Assembly (NCBI RefSeq): GCF_009914755.1
Contig: NC_060935.1
DNA: 64,000 nucleotides
Source: the human T2T-CHM13v2.0 reference genome, Homo sapiens
Strand: one strand, 5' to 3'
The notes beneath the pieces are model-generated. The model saw only the letters and a program-made list of their open reading frames with translations, was not told the origin of the DNA and searched no databases. This document shows positions 40,381 through 55,530 of the stretch, piece after piece. A program made the translations under genes and the position numbers. Position 1 is the first letter of the stretch. Each line of letters begins with the position of its first letter.

Positions 40381-40796
40381 GCTGTTAGTTCCTTCTCACA
40401 TTGCTATAAAGAAATATCTGAGACTGGACAATTTAGAAAGAAAAGAGGTTTAGTTGGCTTACAGTTCTGCAGGCTTTACAGGAAGCATGATGCTGGCATC
40501 TGCTCAGCTTCTGGGGAGACCTCAGGAAATTTACAATCATGGCCAAAGGCAAAGGGGAAACAGGCATGCCACAGGGCCAGAGCAGGAGCAAGAGAGCTGG
40601 AGAGTGGGAAGGAGCCAAACACTTTTAACCAACTAGAGAACTCACTCACTATCATGAGAACAGCATGGAGATGGTGTTAAACCATTCATGAGAAATCCAC
40701 CCTCATGATCCAACCACCTCCCACCAGATCCCACCTCCAACATTGGGGATTACAATATAACGAGATTTGGTGGGGACACAGATCCGAACCATTTTA
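40381..40796 (-). mobile_element. Solo MST (MSTA/B-like, ERVL-MaLR) LTR
   Basis: cattgctataaagaaatatctgagactgg...aagaggtttagttggcttacagttctgcagg...acctcccaccag...gagatttggtggggacacagatcc. Confidence 0.9.
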
Positions 40797-41162
40797 GAGA
40801 CTTAAGCAGGCTCTCAGAGGAAGAGAGGCTGGCCTCCGCCTATCCACTTATCGAACTAGCTCTCAGCATCCTCTCCTTCCTAACCATCTAAGTCTTGCTT
40901 AAGTCATTTGAAAATGGAGGATACTGAAAGAACAGGGTAGAAGAGAGAATTATGTGAGAAAGCAGATGGGAATGCTTTATAAACCACAAAGCACTAACAA
41001 AAGTTAGCTATTGCTATTGTGTTGTGTTCACTTTTAGTAGCTACCAGTAGGTAGCATTTTATATCAAGATGTATAATACAAAGGTTTCTTCTACCTTGAC
41101 CACAGAAACTGACCATTATCTCTGTCCCAAAAAGGTAGTGAGGGTGTAAAAGATAGCCTAAT

Positions 41163-41665
41163 TTTATTTATTATTATTATTATTATTATTTTTAAGAAAC
41201 AGGGTCTGTCTGCCAGGCTAGGTGGCTCACACTTGTAATTTCAGCACTTTGGGAGGCCGAGGTGGGAGGATTGCTTGAGCCTAGGAATTTGAGACCAGCC
41301 TGGGCAATATAGGGAGACCTCGCCTCTACAAAAAAAAACACAAATAAATTAGCAGGAAATGGTGGCACGCACCTGTAAGCCCGGCTACTTGGAAGGCTGA
41401 GGTGGAAGGATCACTTGAGCCCTGAGGCAGAAGTGGCAGTGAGCCAAGATCGTGCCACTGCACTCAGCCTGGGTGACAGAGTAAGACCCTATCTCTGAAA
41501 AAAATAATTCAAAAAAAAAAGACAGGGTCTCATTCTGTCGCCCAGGCTTCGGTGCAGTGGCACAATTATAGCTCACTGCAGCTTCGAACTCCTGGGCTCA
41601 AGCCATCCTCCTGCCTCAGCCTCCTTAAGCACTGGGATTACAGGTGTGACCCACTGTGCTGGGCC
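41163..41665 (-). mobile_element. Alu monomer (FAM/FRAM-like) split by a nested Alu
   Basis: (TTA)n tail plus agaaacagggtct at 41163-41207 continues at 41520 as agacagggtctcattctgtcgccc...gctgggcc. Confidence 0.8.
41211..41520 (+). mobile_element. AluJ nested in the opposite orientation
   Basis: Full dimer flanked by a duplicated acagggtct. Confidence 0.9.
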
Positions 41666-42249
41666 TGAGCTAGGTTTGAACAGCCCCCCATCTCCTCCAC
41701 CACAGTCCACCCTCATTCCTCCACACCTTCCAGCTCCTAAGTGCTTGGACAAGTGGCCTAACCTCTATGGATCTCACTTTCAGAATAGGGATAATGTTGG
41801 AATTAAACGATCTCATAAGCTCTTTTAGCTGTGATTTATATAATTCATGGCCATCACCATCTTCTGCCAGCCTCTCTCCTGCATTCCATTTCTTCCCCAG
41901 CCTGTTCTAAACTTTTTCTTCTACTCCCTAGGGATCTACATGTGATTCCCTTTGCCACCCTCACCCAAACATCCCCTTTCCTTACATCCTTTGGTCTCTC
42001 CAGGTTTTGACAAGCGCGATCTGTCTGCTTCCCCAAGAAGTGTCCCTGAGAATTCTTTAAGTAGCTGGGAGGTGGAAAGGATCTCATGTATTTTTGGTAC
42101 CAGAGATAATCAGATAATTGTGCAATTAGTAGTAATTTTACCGCTCCTGTAGTTTCTTTCTAACAAGGGCCCCCTTTCAAAAAAATAAGAGGGATTTCTT
42201 TTTGTCAGTCCCTTGTTGTTGTTTTGTCTGGAGTGTCTGTCATCAGGAA

Positions 42250-43870
42250 TTTGGCCCGACACCCACGCGCTCCGCAAGGGAGCCAGGGGGAGGGGAAGGA
42301 CACAGGAGACAGAACTCCTGGGGGAGAGAATCTGCCTAGCAGGCGGCTCTCCCCTGCTCCCCCACCGAGCACAGACCGTGGGAGGGGACCCTGCGGGAGG
42401 AGGCTGCTTCAGTCTCCAGAGACCATCTCCCATCTCTACAGCGACTCCCCTATGACCGTCCCCCACCCGGTGCTCTCGGGCCACGGGGAAGGGACACTCG
42501 GGAAAGACACCAGAGACCGGGAGGGTGCAGCTGGGCTCTTCGCGGGGAGCGGGCGGGAGGCCTTCCTGTTACATGTCGCAGCTGGGACACAGACGGCAGC
42601 GCTCCAGGGTCCACTTGCCGGCTTCGGTTCCCTCAGGCCCAGGACCAGGCTCCACACCGCTGTCGCGTCCCTTAGCCGTGTGGGCTGTAGCACAGAGGGG
42701 GCAAACACCTCCAGGGGCTTGTGCCAAGTAATTACCAAGCAAATTCCCGGCGATTTCCTCTCCTCCCCCCGCCCCCCCGGGCAGTGCCCGCTGCGTGTTC
42801 CCTGATTCGGCCCCCGGCTGTGCAATCAGCTCCAGGTAACCTGCGGGGACCCGTAATTGCTCTGGAGTTGCCTGCGAGTTTGCAAGGTAAGCACGCGCGG
42901 CGCTTCTCCCTGGCCCTGGGGCGCGCGGTGGAGCGCCTTGCGCCCGCCCCCGATGGGCCGGATGCCGGGGACCTGCGGAAGCAGAGGCTGCGGGGGTAGA
43001 GATCCAACTCCACGGAGTGAGAGAGCAGCTTTGCGCTAATGGGGCCGGGTGCAGGAAGCTGGTGCAGAGAGGAAAGAAGGAAGGGAGTCTGGGCGACTTG
43101 CGGGAGGAGAGGGGCCACCTCGCCATGTCCCCAAGGAAGGGGACCTTGGGGGACATGGGATCCTTCTGTCCCTTCCCTCCAGTGAAGAGGCGCTTCATTG
43201 ATGAGCCTTGTCATCATCCTTCAAGTGTAATTTTTTTAAATTGCAAAAATCTTACAGAGCTATTAACCTCAAAAGAGTTTAACATATGGCAGACCGAGTC
43301 TCCCTCTTACCCTAATTATAAGGCTTGCAGTAATGGGGCTGTCTTTTAAGTTACAGCTGCTGCGCTTTTGGCTTTCGCTAACATTACATCCTATTAAAGA
43401 GCTACATTAAATGCATGCAAATTGCCGGAGCGACGGCGCTCTCCCGACCAGTGAGGGGGACGGATTGCAGCCGAGGCGGCGATATCGGGGTCAGACTCAC
43501 CCTGCTGCGAGCGCCATATGATCTATCAATCAAACTCCTCTCATTAATTAACTAATTCATTAAATATCTTTATATATGAAGGCCCGGCCAGGCAGAACAT
43601 TGTGTTGACAGGGACGTCCCGTCAGCACTTAGCCCTGCTCTCCCCACCCCTCCCCTCCTGCACAAATCTCCCGGTGACTAAGAGAGGTCAGCTTCCCAGT
43701 GTTGGCGGGCACGGAAGCAACGGCTGTGTCCACTCCTGGGGGCGCCCTCCTTGGGCCTCCTTCCGCATGAACCCCATCTGTCCGGCTTCCTCCTGGCGCG
43801 CCTGCCCTCACTCACCTATTGCTCGAATGAGCTGTGTGTGTATCTGATACCTCCGCTCGCCTGGCAACCC
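42250..43870. promoter_or_regulatory. Orphan CpG island with embedded AT-rich motif block
   Basis: Dense CpG (gcacgcgcggcgc, gggcgcgcggtggagcgcc, gaggcggcgatatcgggg) in non-repeat sequence; no recognisable coding exon. Confidence 0.8.
43536..43615 (+). repeat. Copy A of a local ~80-bp direct duplication (homeodomain-site block)
   Basis: tcctctcattaattaactaattcattaaatatctttatatatgaag...gaacattgtgttgacagggac. Confidence 0.88.
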
Positions 43871-44242
43871 TTAGGTTGCTCATCTTGTGCCCCAGGGCCC
43901 AGCACTGGCAGATGCTTTGAATGTTGGGCTGAATTGGAGTGCATTCCTCTCCAGTACTTCCAAGTCATCAAGGCCTTCCTCTGCAATATGCTTCTGGAAG
44001 ACTGGTCACTCTAGGGAGGAGAGGAGGTCAGCCATGTGTTCAGGCGGCATCCCGGGAGAGGAGGAGGAGGGCTTATTGGTGGTCCTAGAAAAGGTATGGG
44101 GGCAGGCGGGAGGAACTTTTAAAGTTCAGAGCTGGCCAGTGATGTAGCCACAACACCCAGAATCCGAAGCAAACCCTTGTGCCAAGGAGAATGAATCTAT
44201 GTCTTCTATGAACAACAGAGACACATTTTAGAATGGATGCTA

Positions 44243-44750
<508 letters not shown>

Positions 44751-45529
44751 AATGCAATATATATCATATAGATATTTGACATTGGTTGAACAACCATTAT
44801 TTGTCACTTCTTTCCCACATTATGTCATTTAATGTGGACAACATCTTTGCTAGGTGTTTATTTTTACTTCCAGACCATAGGAAAAGAAACAAGCTCAGAG
44901 AGAGTAAGTAATTAGTCCAAGGTCAACTCAGAATTCAGACTTGGGCTTTCTAGATTCAAGACCAGTACTGACTGCTATGTAATGACAAGGTAAGGATGGC
45001 GAGATCAGTGGCTTTGCTGCTCTCCAAGGTCACCTGCTGCCTCCTTTGTCCACACAGCTGTCTTTCTCTTCTTGTTTTGCAGCAGCCACTATCACCACTA
45101 CCTTCTTGGCTGGGCTGGTGGGTTTGGGAAGGTGGAGGTCATAGCACACTCCATAATAAAGGCTCTTGACTGTGCTTAGAATGGGTTGGAGTGATTTTCC
45201 ATACATAGCACCTGGAATGGACAAGCCAGTAGCCTTCTGCCCCTGGGTCCCCACACCTGGGCCCAGAACAGCTGGGTATAGGAATGAAAATGGGATGGGC
45301 AGCCTCTAAGCCAAACTCCTGGAGAACATTCCTCTACCAGGCTCTGGCCCCAGCTGGAGAGGGCAGTTACCAGGCAGGACTTCATGTCAAAATGAAAAGG
45401 GTCTTATGCAGGTGTTAGCCTTGGTTCCTGCTGTTCAGCTCACCCAAGTTCCCAACCCATACAAATGAAGTGAGGGATGCAGGGAAACTTCTAAAGCCTA
45501 GGAATTCTTGGGAAAACACATACCCAGAT

Positions 45530-45900
<371 letters not shown>

Positions 45901-47289
45901 TGAGACATGGGGCTAATGGACTTTGGCTGTTAGCACCTGTGATGTTGGGCATCAACCTCGCCATGGGCCTCCATAGTTTCCTGTAGCCCCCTTGGTTCCC
46001 AAGAATAGTTTTGGAATGGGGCGTGCTGTGATAATGGGGGTTAATGGTAACCTCGGAATCAATTTTCCCTCCCAGAAGAAAATTCTCCCAGCTTAGGTTG
46101 CATACACTGTAATAGTGCAAATGGCTCTAGATTTGAAAAATTGGCATGTTGTAGTCCAACAAGGCAATTTTTATATTGTTCCATGCAGCTGTGCGCCTCT
46201 GGATGCTATGCTGCCTGTGTCCTAAAGCCACAGGATGGAGAGCATTTTCCAGCCAAAAACAGCTCTGAAGTGTTTTTTTTTTTTTCTTCTCCCACACCAG
46301 CCTGAATTTATTGTTTTGTTCACCTGCCCAAAACCGTTGGAGCTTTGGCCTCTACCTTAGCAGCTGCCAGAGCTGCTGGGCAAGGAGAGATGGTTGTAGC
46401 TTTCTGCAAAACCTTACCCCTGCAGGCCTAAGGGCAGAGGGCCTGGGAAAGAGGGTCTCCTGAAGACCGTGGGTCTGTGCACAGGCAGCTCAGAAAGGCT
46501 GGAGCAGCTCAGGAACGCAGCTCCCAAGCAGCTTTTCCTGGCTGGTGTCAAAGCTGGTCCTTTCTTGGACTCAATGATGAGAACCCAGAGGAGGAAATGT
46601 CTTTGATCATTGTGCAGATTACCTGATTTTGATGAACTGTGTCTGCTCTGTTTTAAGATGAGAACGATTTTGTCCTGGTTTTATAAACATTAAAATGCAA
46701 AACAAGACATCCTAGAATCAAAATATGTGATATATATTTCAAGTCATGAAAGCATAGAATGTGAGAACTGTAAGGCAGTTTATCGATTACTTGGTGAACT
46801 GTCCTCGTTGTACAGATGGGGAAATGGAGGTTGCTGAAATTCACACATCTGGTTGGTGGAAAAGAATTTGATCTCACTGAATGGTGCTGAAGGCTTTTTG
46901 GGTAATGACTCAAGTGGCCAGGGAAACCAAACCCATTATTCTATTTCTTGGCTTCTGTGGCTGTAGTTGTCTTTTTTCCACTTATTTCCCCTTCATGAGT
47001 TGTCTTAATGGGGGGGCCTTATTTGTTGAGTCAAGATTAGAACCAAGTAACGTGTTGAAATGGGATGCGGAACAAGTGCCAAGCTGGTGCCTGGACCTGC
47101 TCCCTGGTCTCACTGCAGCTGCTCTCCAATCCAGTTTCCGCAATAGGTCCTGTGTTCTTGGATCTTATTCCCTTACTCGTCAGGATACAGTCCAGGCTCC
47201 TTTCTATGGCTCACCACGGGCCTCATGAGATGACTTGTGCCTCTGTTCTTGGCCATCGGCCTCCCTCCCTGTGCCACTGAGTCCTTGCC

Positions 47290-47720
47290 CCATCTTACCC
47301 AATCTTCTTGGCCTACTGACTTTTTCATTTCCTTAAATTCATCTTGCTGTCATTCACCTTTGCACATTCGACTATTCCCTCCTCCTAGAAATCTCTATCT
47401 ACCCCAACTCGTCCGGTTCATTCCCACCTGCCTTCCCCTGGTTAACTTGGACCCATTGCCTTCTGTCTCAGTGACATACCAGTTCTCTCAGTGAGCCTCA
47501 AAGTCTGGATTAGATGCCCTTCCTCTGACCTCCTAAAGCACCCATTACTTTCACTATTCTATGGCCTACCACTCTGTATTGCATCTGCCTATTGACCTGT
47601 TTGAATCTCACATTAGAAGATCCTCCAGGAGGGCAGGACTTGTCATGCTCACTGTTTTATTCCAGGCACCCTGCAGACTGCCTGCCTCGTGATAGGCACT
47701 CCATAAATAGATGAATGAAC
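47290..47720 (+). mobile_element. L2 3' end
   Basis: cctttgcacat...ggagggcaggac...gataggcactccataaatagatgaatgaa. Confidence 0.7.
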
Positions 47721-47727
47721 TATATAA

Positions 47728-48098
<371 letters not shown>

Positions 48099-49784
48099 CT
48101 AAGTACTTTACATGCATCATCTAATTTATATTAGCTCTTGTATTAATTGAATGAGATGAGAGACAAGGGTTCTAATCCTGGCTGTGTCACCAGCCGACTC
48201 TGTGACTGTCAACAGTTACCATGGTTTCCTCATCTTTGGAATGAAAGAGAGAGAAGGGGGCAGACAGGACTTCACTCCTCCATTCTTTTTCTGAGGCAAA
48301 GAGGGAATCAGGAGTGAGTCTAAGTGGGCCTAGGGGGAATTCACCCTCAGGATTCAGAGAACCAGCAGACATGGCGGGTCAACTTTCTAGTCCCGGAGCA
48401 GGAGGAGATGGATCTGGCAGAGGCTGGGAAGGGCAGCGGGTTGCTCTCTCATGCTGTGGTAGAGCTATAAAATAGAGAAGCCCGCTGCTAGCTGAGTCAT
48501 TAACGCTGGTCTCCTCGCCGTCACCTCGGGCATTGTCTGATTTAAGTGTAATAGCTTGTTTGGTGGATTTTGCCTTCTATAGAAATCCCCCCAAGAGTGA
48601 AGTGCTGCATTCAGCCGAGAGAGCACAGGCCTTTGTGCACTGATGGCCCGGCCTCGGCTGAATGTGTTTGGAGTTGGTTATCAAAGGGGAGGATAAATTA
48701 GAGCACAGGGCTGAAAAGAGAGGAAGAGGGGTCCCTTTCATGAGCAGGGCTGAGCACTTAGGCAGCTGACTTGGGGCTGGGAAGCCCCAGTGCTGGCCTT
48801 CTTGCCTTTTGGCAGGGGTAGTGCTATAGCGCTGCTACAGGCGGGGCTGGCTGATGCTGGCAGAGCCCAAATTCAGAGATCCAACCAGGCCCTTGGTGGG
48901 TAAGAGGAGGGGGGCCAGTGACGTTCACGACAGAGTGGCCTCCAGTGCCCAGGGAGCACTGCTGGGGGCTGGCGAACAGATCATTTTCCCTCCCTACCCC
49001 TTTCTCCTTTAGCTGTCAGCACAGTTTAGATATTCACACAAATCTTAAGCCCCCTCTGGATTTATTGAAATTCAGTTCTGAAGGTGCTGCAGGCTCCAAG
49101 GGGCTTCTCTAGTCTTGTGGACATTATTCAGAGGCTTGGACCTTCCTCTTTACCCAACCTCTGCCTGCTGCCTCCCTCCAGTCCCTCAATGCACACTTAG
49201 AAGCTGGTGCTCAGGCCAGTTTTATGAAGTGCACTAATCAGCCATGAATATGGAGCTCCCAAAATAAGAGATCCTGGACAGTCATCCCTCTCTATAGACT
49301 TGGCTTCTGGTGTCCAGATTCAGAGGCCAAGCTGGGCACAGCTGTCAGCTGAGTCACAGGCAGGGCTGCCTCAATCATAAATTGCACTGAGTTCCCAGTT
49401 TTTCCCTGCAAGAACACATCGCTCTATTTTTCAGTGGGTCTTTTATCCCCTACCAATCTCCCTGGGCCCCTCATTGACAGTTTCTTGCCATCTGGGATCC
49501 AGATCAACAAGGGTCATTCTTTCAGGAACCAGAGACCTGCCTTTTTCTTGCCCATTAACATCTAACCCTTAATAACCAAATCTTACATGCACATCATTTT
49601 CCAGCTGGAAGGAACTCGAGACACCAAGCTGCAGACCTATTATTAAGACCTGTTTTGAGCTGCAGATGTTTTTAAGAATTGTCTGAAAGTTATGACCCCT
49701 CACTCCCAGCAAAACACACATATTCTCATGCATATAAAAATTTACCTGCTTCTTCAGGGGGGTAACATCCTCCAAGTCTATGTA

Positions 49785-50003
49785 CACATTCCACCCTGGT
49801 TGCACCTTTGAATTATCTCAGACCTTTTAATAAAATTCTGAGGTCTGGGCCTTATACAAGGATATTCTCATTTAATTTTTTTAGGGTGGGGTTTGGGCAT
49901 TAGTTAGTTTTTTTTTTTTTTTTTCCTAAAAAGTTCCAGGTGATTCTAATGCAGCCAGGGTTGAGATCCCTAAAGCAGCCAGGGTTGAGAATCATTGCCC
50001 TAG
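49785..50003. mobile_element. MER5A-like hAT-Charlie relic with a 16-bp internal duplication
   Basis: ccctggttgcac...ccaggtgattctaatgcagccagggttgaga; gcagccagggttgaga occurs at 49951-49966 and 49975-49990. Confidence 0.7.
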
Positions 50004-50786
50004 GGGCTCCTAGGACCCCCTCCCCCAGTTAAGAAGCCCAGCTGTGGACAGTCCACGCATAGGAAGGCCTGTGCTGGGACATTGCTAGGAATGGATGAGA
50101 TACCATGAGCAGATTTACCATCTTGCCCACTGCATTTAAAGTCCTTTCCTTCTTTTCTCCCACCTTGAGGGGTACTTCCTTTGTGCTCCCTTAAAATAAT
50201 TTAAGCTTACCACAGTGAAAAAGGAGTTTGGTTGCCTTGATGTGCTCCTGTCATTTCAAGGGGCTCAATAAAAATTTAGTTTCGGTATTCGCTCAATGCG
50301 ACTTCCACAAAGAGGTCTTATGTTGCAAACCAGATTTCTCTTTTCATCTGGTCACCACCAGGGAAATTGTGTATTTGAAACTCAAACAATATTTGGGCAA
50401 AAAGAGTTTCTCATTATACGCGGTGGGGAAGGGCAATGGGAGGAAAGTGCAGGGAAATGATTGAGTGACATTTCTATTTGCCGGGTTGACTTCTCCACCA
50501 GCGGCAGCCGTGGTATGGGGCTGCTGGAGAACTTCAGCTTCCTGGTGTGGACTGGAAATGCAAGGACCCTGGAAAAAATAATGTGGAGGAGAAAAATGGG
50601 ATGGGCTAGAAACAGATTTGAAGAGTCAGTGTGACCTCAAGCTGACATTACTGTTGACAATGAGAATAAGATAGACAAAGAGTTTTGTGTTTTGCACAAG
50701 TTCTCTTTAGTGGGAGGACTGTTAAGTTCTAGTCTCTCAAGGCTGAAGGGAATGCAGAGGTCATCTGCATCCACTTTCTTTGGTAG

Positions 50787-51139
<353 letters not shown>

Positions 51140-51370
51140 AGAAAATATTTATTGAACGGCAACAATATCTGGTATTCAGTAAGGCATTAAGGGGACTTCA
51201 GAATCTGACAGGACATAATACCTGCCCTTAAGTAACTTACGGTTTCCTGGAGGACTCAAACAGCTAAAACATCCAGGAGACAGTGATAAATGATATGCAG
51301 GAGGACACTGAGGGGAAGAACATTCACCTTGATTGAGAGTCCAGCAGGAGCTGGTGCTTTTCCCAAATGA

Positions 51371-51843
<473 letters not shown>

Positions 51844-52269
51844 ATGAATTTGCTTTTTCAAGGTGACACAGCCAATAATGAGAGTGAGTGTGCTAACCTG
51901 GTGTTTCTCAGACCTATGCGCTTGCCACCAGACCATACAGCTCTCCTAAGAGGAGTTCAAAAGGGGCAAAGACAGGCTTTTGGCTGGGGTGGGAGATGAG
52001 AAGAGGGGAATGTAGGCATATAGCAGAAGGGTGTCACAGGGAGAAGGAACACAGAACAAAGGCACCAAGGCTGGTAGTGCTTGGGGAAGGAAACACAGCA
52101 CCTTCAGCTGGAATGCGGGGAGGGCAGAGAGGGTGATACCAAGCAGGAAGAGGAGTTAGAATAGAGATTTGAAGGCGTGGGATTCTAAGGAGCTGGGATT
52201 TGTGGTGGTGAGATCCTATAACGTTTTCAGAGAGGAGTGGGTGTAATGTGATCATTACTACTCTTGATT

Positions 52270-52495
52270 TAAGAAGAAGCGTACAGATTTTGAATCCTGG
52301 CTCGATCATTTCCTAGTTATGTAACACTGGGCAAATTATTTACTCTCCTTGTGCCTCAGTTCCCTCATCTGTAAAATGGGAATGATAAATAGTCCTGACT
52401 GCATTGAGTTGTGCAGATCAAATAAGTAACACATGAGGAGTGCTTGGACTAATGCCTGGCGTATAGTAAGCTCTTCGTAAATGTTGGGGATAATT
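52270..52495 (+). mobile_element. MIR
   Basis: tgaatcctggctc...gggcaaattattt...gcctcagttccctcatctgtaaaatggga...tgcctggcgtatagtaagc. Confidence 0.85.
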
Positions 52496-52504
52496 TTCTT
52501 AAAA

Positions 52505-52689
52505 CTTATTTTATTTATTTATTTATTTATTTATATACAGATGGGGGTCTCACTTTGTTGCCTAGGCTGGAGTGCAGTGGTGTGATTATAGCTCACTGCC
52601 ACCTTGATTTCTTGGGCTCAAGTGATCCTCCTGCCTCAGCCTCCTGAGTATCTGGGACTACAGGCATGCACCAGCACACCCAGCTAATT
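52505..52689 (-). mobile_element. AluJ right arm (5'-truncated)
   Basis: (TTTA)n tail, ends at cccagctaatt; TSD ggg(g/t)ataatttt. Confidence 0.88.
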
Positions 52690-54254
52690 GGGTATAATTT
52701 TTACCCTTTGGGAATGTAATTCTGATATAGCAGGTAAGAGGGAACAGATGAAGGCCTGGGTGTTAGTTAGGAGCCTACTGTAATAGTCTAGGAAAGAGGG
52801 TCAAAGGACTTAACTTAGACTGGAAACAATGGTACCCCTGTAGATGGTACCCCACTACCCCTGGGTGGGGGGCATGAAATCAATGCAACTCTAACTCTGA
52901 TTGGCAGCTGAGGTGGGTTCAGGAATGGCCCCAGATAACTCAGCTGGGAGAAGAGCAGTGTCAGTCATAGAGCTCAGGGCACTAGGAGAAGCTGCAGGTG
53001 AGTGGGGAAGAGAAGTTCAGTTTAAACACGTGGTAAACAAGAATGAAAAGCAACCCCAGAGCCTAAAGAGGAGGCCAGAGAATGGCAGCTCAGCCTGGCC
53101 CTGGACTTGTTTCTAGCTGGCTGCCCTGCTTCTTTGCCCCTCCTGGGTCCCACGAAGCCCCATCTCCATGCTGCCCCTGACTGCTGTGCCTACACATCCT
53201 CTGTGCCCCTTCGTTAGCCCGTGCATGCCCTCTGCAGCTGCTTCCCCTCGTGATCAGGGCATTTGGATCCTGAGTCCCTGTCAAAGTAGGTGGTGTTCCC
53301 TGCTGTTCCTTGAGGTGGCTGGCTATAAGGGATGGATGGGCACAATCCCAGGCCTTGTGGACTAAGAGAAGAGAGGGAAGGATTTAGGGGATGGTAGTCA
53401 GTGGCAATAGGAAATATGTGTTGTGCCCTGGAAGGAGAAAATGGATGAGTGACCAGCTTTGGGGCTTTCAAGGCCTCCTGTTGCCATAAGAATCCCTTGG
53501 TGTGAGACCCAGTGCCCTTCTGCACTCTCTGCCCCTGTCTGATAGTGGGCACGTGGCACTGTGGGTGGGTACCAGCTTGCTGAGATGGCTGCTGGTGAGT
53601 AGGGGGACTCAGCCTGGAGCCCCCAGCCCCCATACTGCCTGTTGGTTACACTGTGGCTGCTGCTGCCACCACTGGCATACGTTCAGATGGTTCCCTGAGT
53701 TCCACATCAGGGATTCAGACAAAAGGAGCTTGCAACTGAAAGGGTGAGTCTTATAACAAAATTATCAGCCTGCTGTCAACCAGGCGCTCTGCCGCTGCAG
53801 AACAGACTTCAGACAGGTTGCAGCATGTCAGGCTGGGCCTGCCTGGGCTTGGCAGGGGGTCCTATGGGCAGAGAGAGTCAATTACCCAGAAAGGTTCCAC
53901 TTAACTTCCCCCGCTGCTCGCGGACCCTGCCCCAGCCTCCGAAGTCTTGCTGGCCTCTGCCAAAACACTGTCAGCCTGTGCTGGGGTTGGCCACCCGCCA
54001 ACCCTGTTGTTGGGTATGTCTAGTGCCACCCTTTCTAGGGGGCCAGTGTCCTGCCCTTGTCAGCTCTAGGGCTCCCTGTGCTGGCCCTTGGCCAGTGGAT
54101 TTTCATTTTTCCCCCTGCAGACTTCACAGGGTCCTTAGGTGGCAGGGACATCAACAAGCTGCCTCATCTATCATATGCACTTGGTGGGTGGCCTTCCCCA
54201 TCCTGTGACGTAAGCATCCCACATGATCCTAATCCTCCTCTGTCACCTGTCCTA

Positions 54255-54495
54255 GTACAGTGGGTGGTCACGATTTGGGCTCTGGAGTCAGACAGACAGG
54301 GGCTTGAAGCCTGGCCCAGCTGCATGCTACCATGTGGCCGGGCATGTTACTTTAACCTCTTTAAACTTGAGCTTCCTCGTTGGTGAAGTGAGAATAATAA
54401 TAGTATATATCTCATAGGATTATTTTGAGGATCAAAGAACATAGCGGTTGTTACGTACTGAAGTGCCTGGCACATGAAAAACGCTCAACAAATAG
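54255..54495 (+). mobile_element. MIR, near full length
   Basis: gggctctggagtcagacagac...gtgcctggcacatgaaaaacgctcaacaaat. Confidence 0.85.
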
Positions 54496-54496
54496 C

Positions 54497-54610
54497 TTTC
54501 CTTCTTCTTCCTCTTCCTCCCCACTTCCTCCTTCACCCTTCTCCTCCCTCCTCCTTCCCGCCCTTCTCCCATCCTCTTCCTTCTTCCCCTCTTCCTCATT
54601 TTTCTTCATT
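54497..54610. repeat. Polypyrimidine (CT/CCT) tract
   Basis: Direct read. Confidence 0.85.
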
Positions 54611-54957
54611 TATAATCCTCACTTATCGGGAAGTTTGCTATTTCAGTTTCTCCTCTCTACTCTAGAGACCTGAATTGGGAGAAAACCTAGTTTCTTGTCC
54701 AGGCTTATCAGCTAATTCTCTTCATAAAGAATGTAGTCTACAACTCAAAACATATGCAACTAGGGTATGTTTCCCCTAGCTGGTGAACGCACAGGTTAAG
54801 GATCTTGGGTTATTTTAAGTCTTAAGGGCCACTGGTTTTTGTTTAACCACTGAAGTCTCACAGTTCACAAATATTTCCTTACTGTGCACCTCCTCAACCA
54901 GCCTAGCCATCTCTCACATGTTTGCTTTTGGTCATAAACACCCAAAAGATGCAGTTT

Positions 54958-55243
<286 letters not shown>

Positions 55244-55344
55244 AAAGATGCAGTTTAGAGCTCTGAGAGTGAAATGCTATAATAGTATACCAGCTTCAAC
55301 ACATGCTCCGTGGGTGCAAGGCAGAACCGCTGTCATTTCGCCAT

Positions 55345-55530
55345 TAAGTCACTCAACGAGCTTTGACTGAGAGCCAACTATGTACCTGGGAGCTGAGGGT
55401 TTAAAGGCAGATAAGACACAACCTCACCCCTCAAAGAGTGAGCAGCCCGCTGGGAAGGTGGGTAAGTACACAAATCACTACACTTGAGTGTACTGTACTC
55501 TGTGGACAGCCTAGAATAATGCTGCAGAAG
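55345..55530 (-). mobile_element. L2 relic
   Basis: cactcaac...tgactgagagccaactatgtacctgg...ataagacacaacctcacccctcaaagag. Confidence 0.55.

Noticed and set aside
42224-43217. Long overlapping ORFs (193, 209 and 161 aa) in the CpG island
   Set aside because: Pro/Gly/Arg/Ala-rich, open in several frames on both strands, no recognisable domain; typical of stop-poor GC-rich DNA.
44917-45032. Two CCAAGGTCA (NR5A/ESRR) sites
   Set aside because: The first is part of the MIR consensus core; too common to support a call.
48460-48505. TATAAAA plus downstream TGAGTCA as a promoter
   Set aside because: Short motifs expected by chance; no other TSS evidence.
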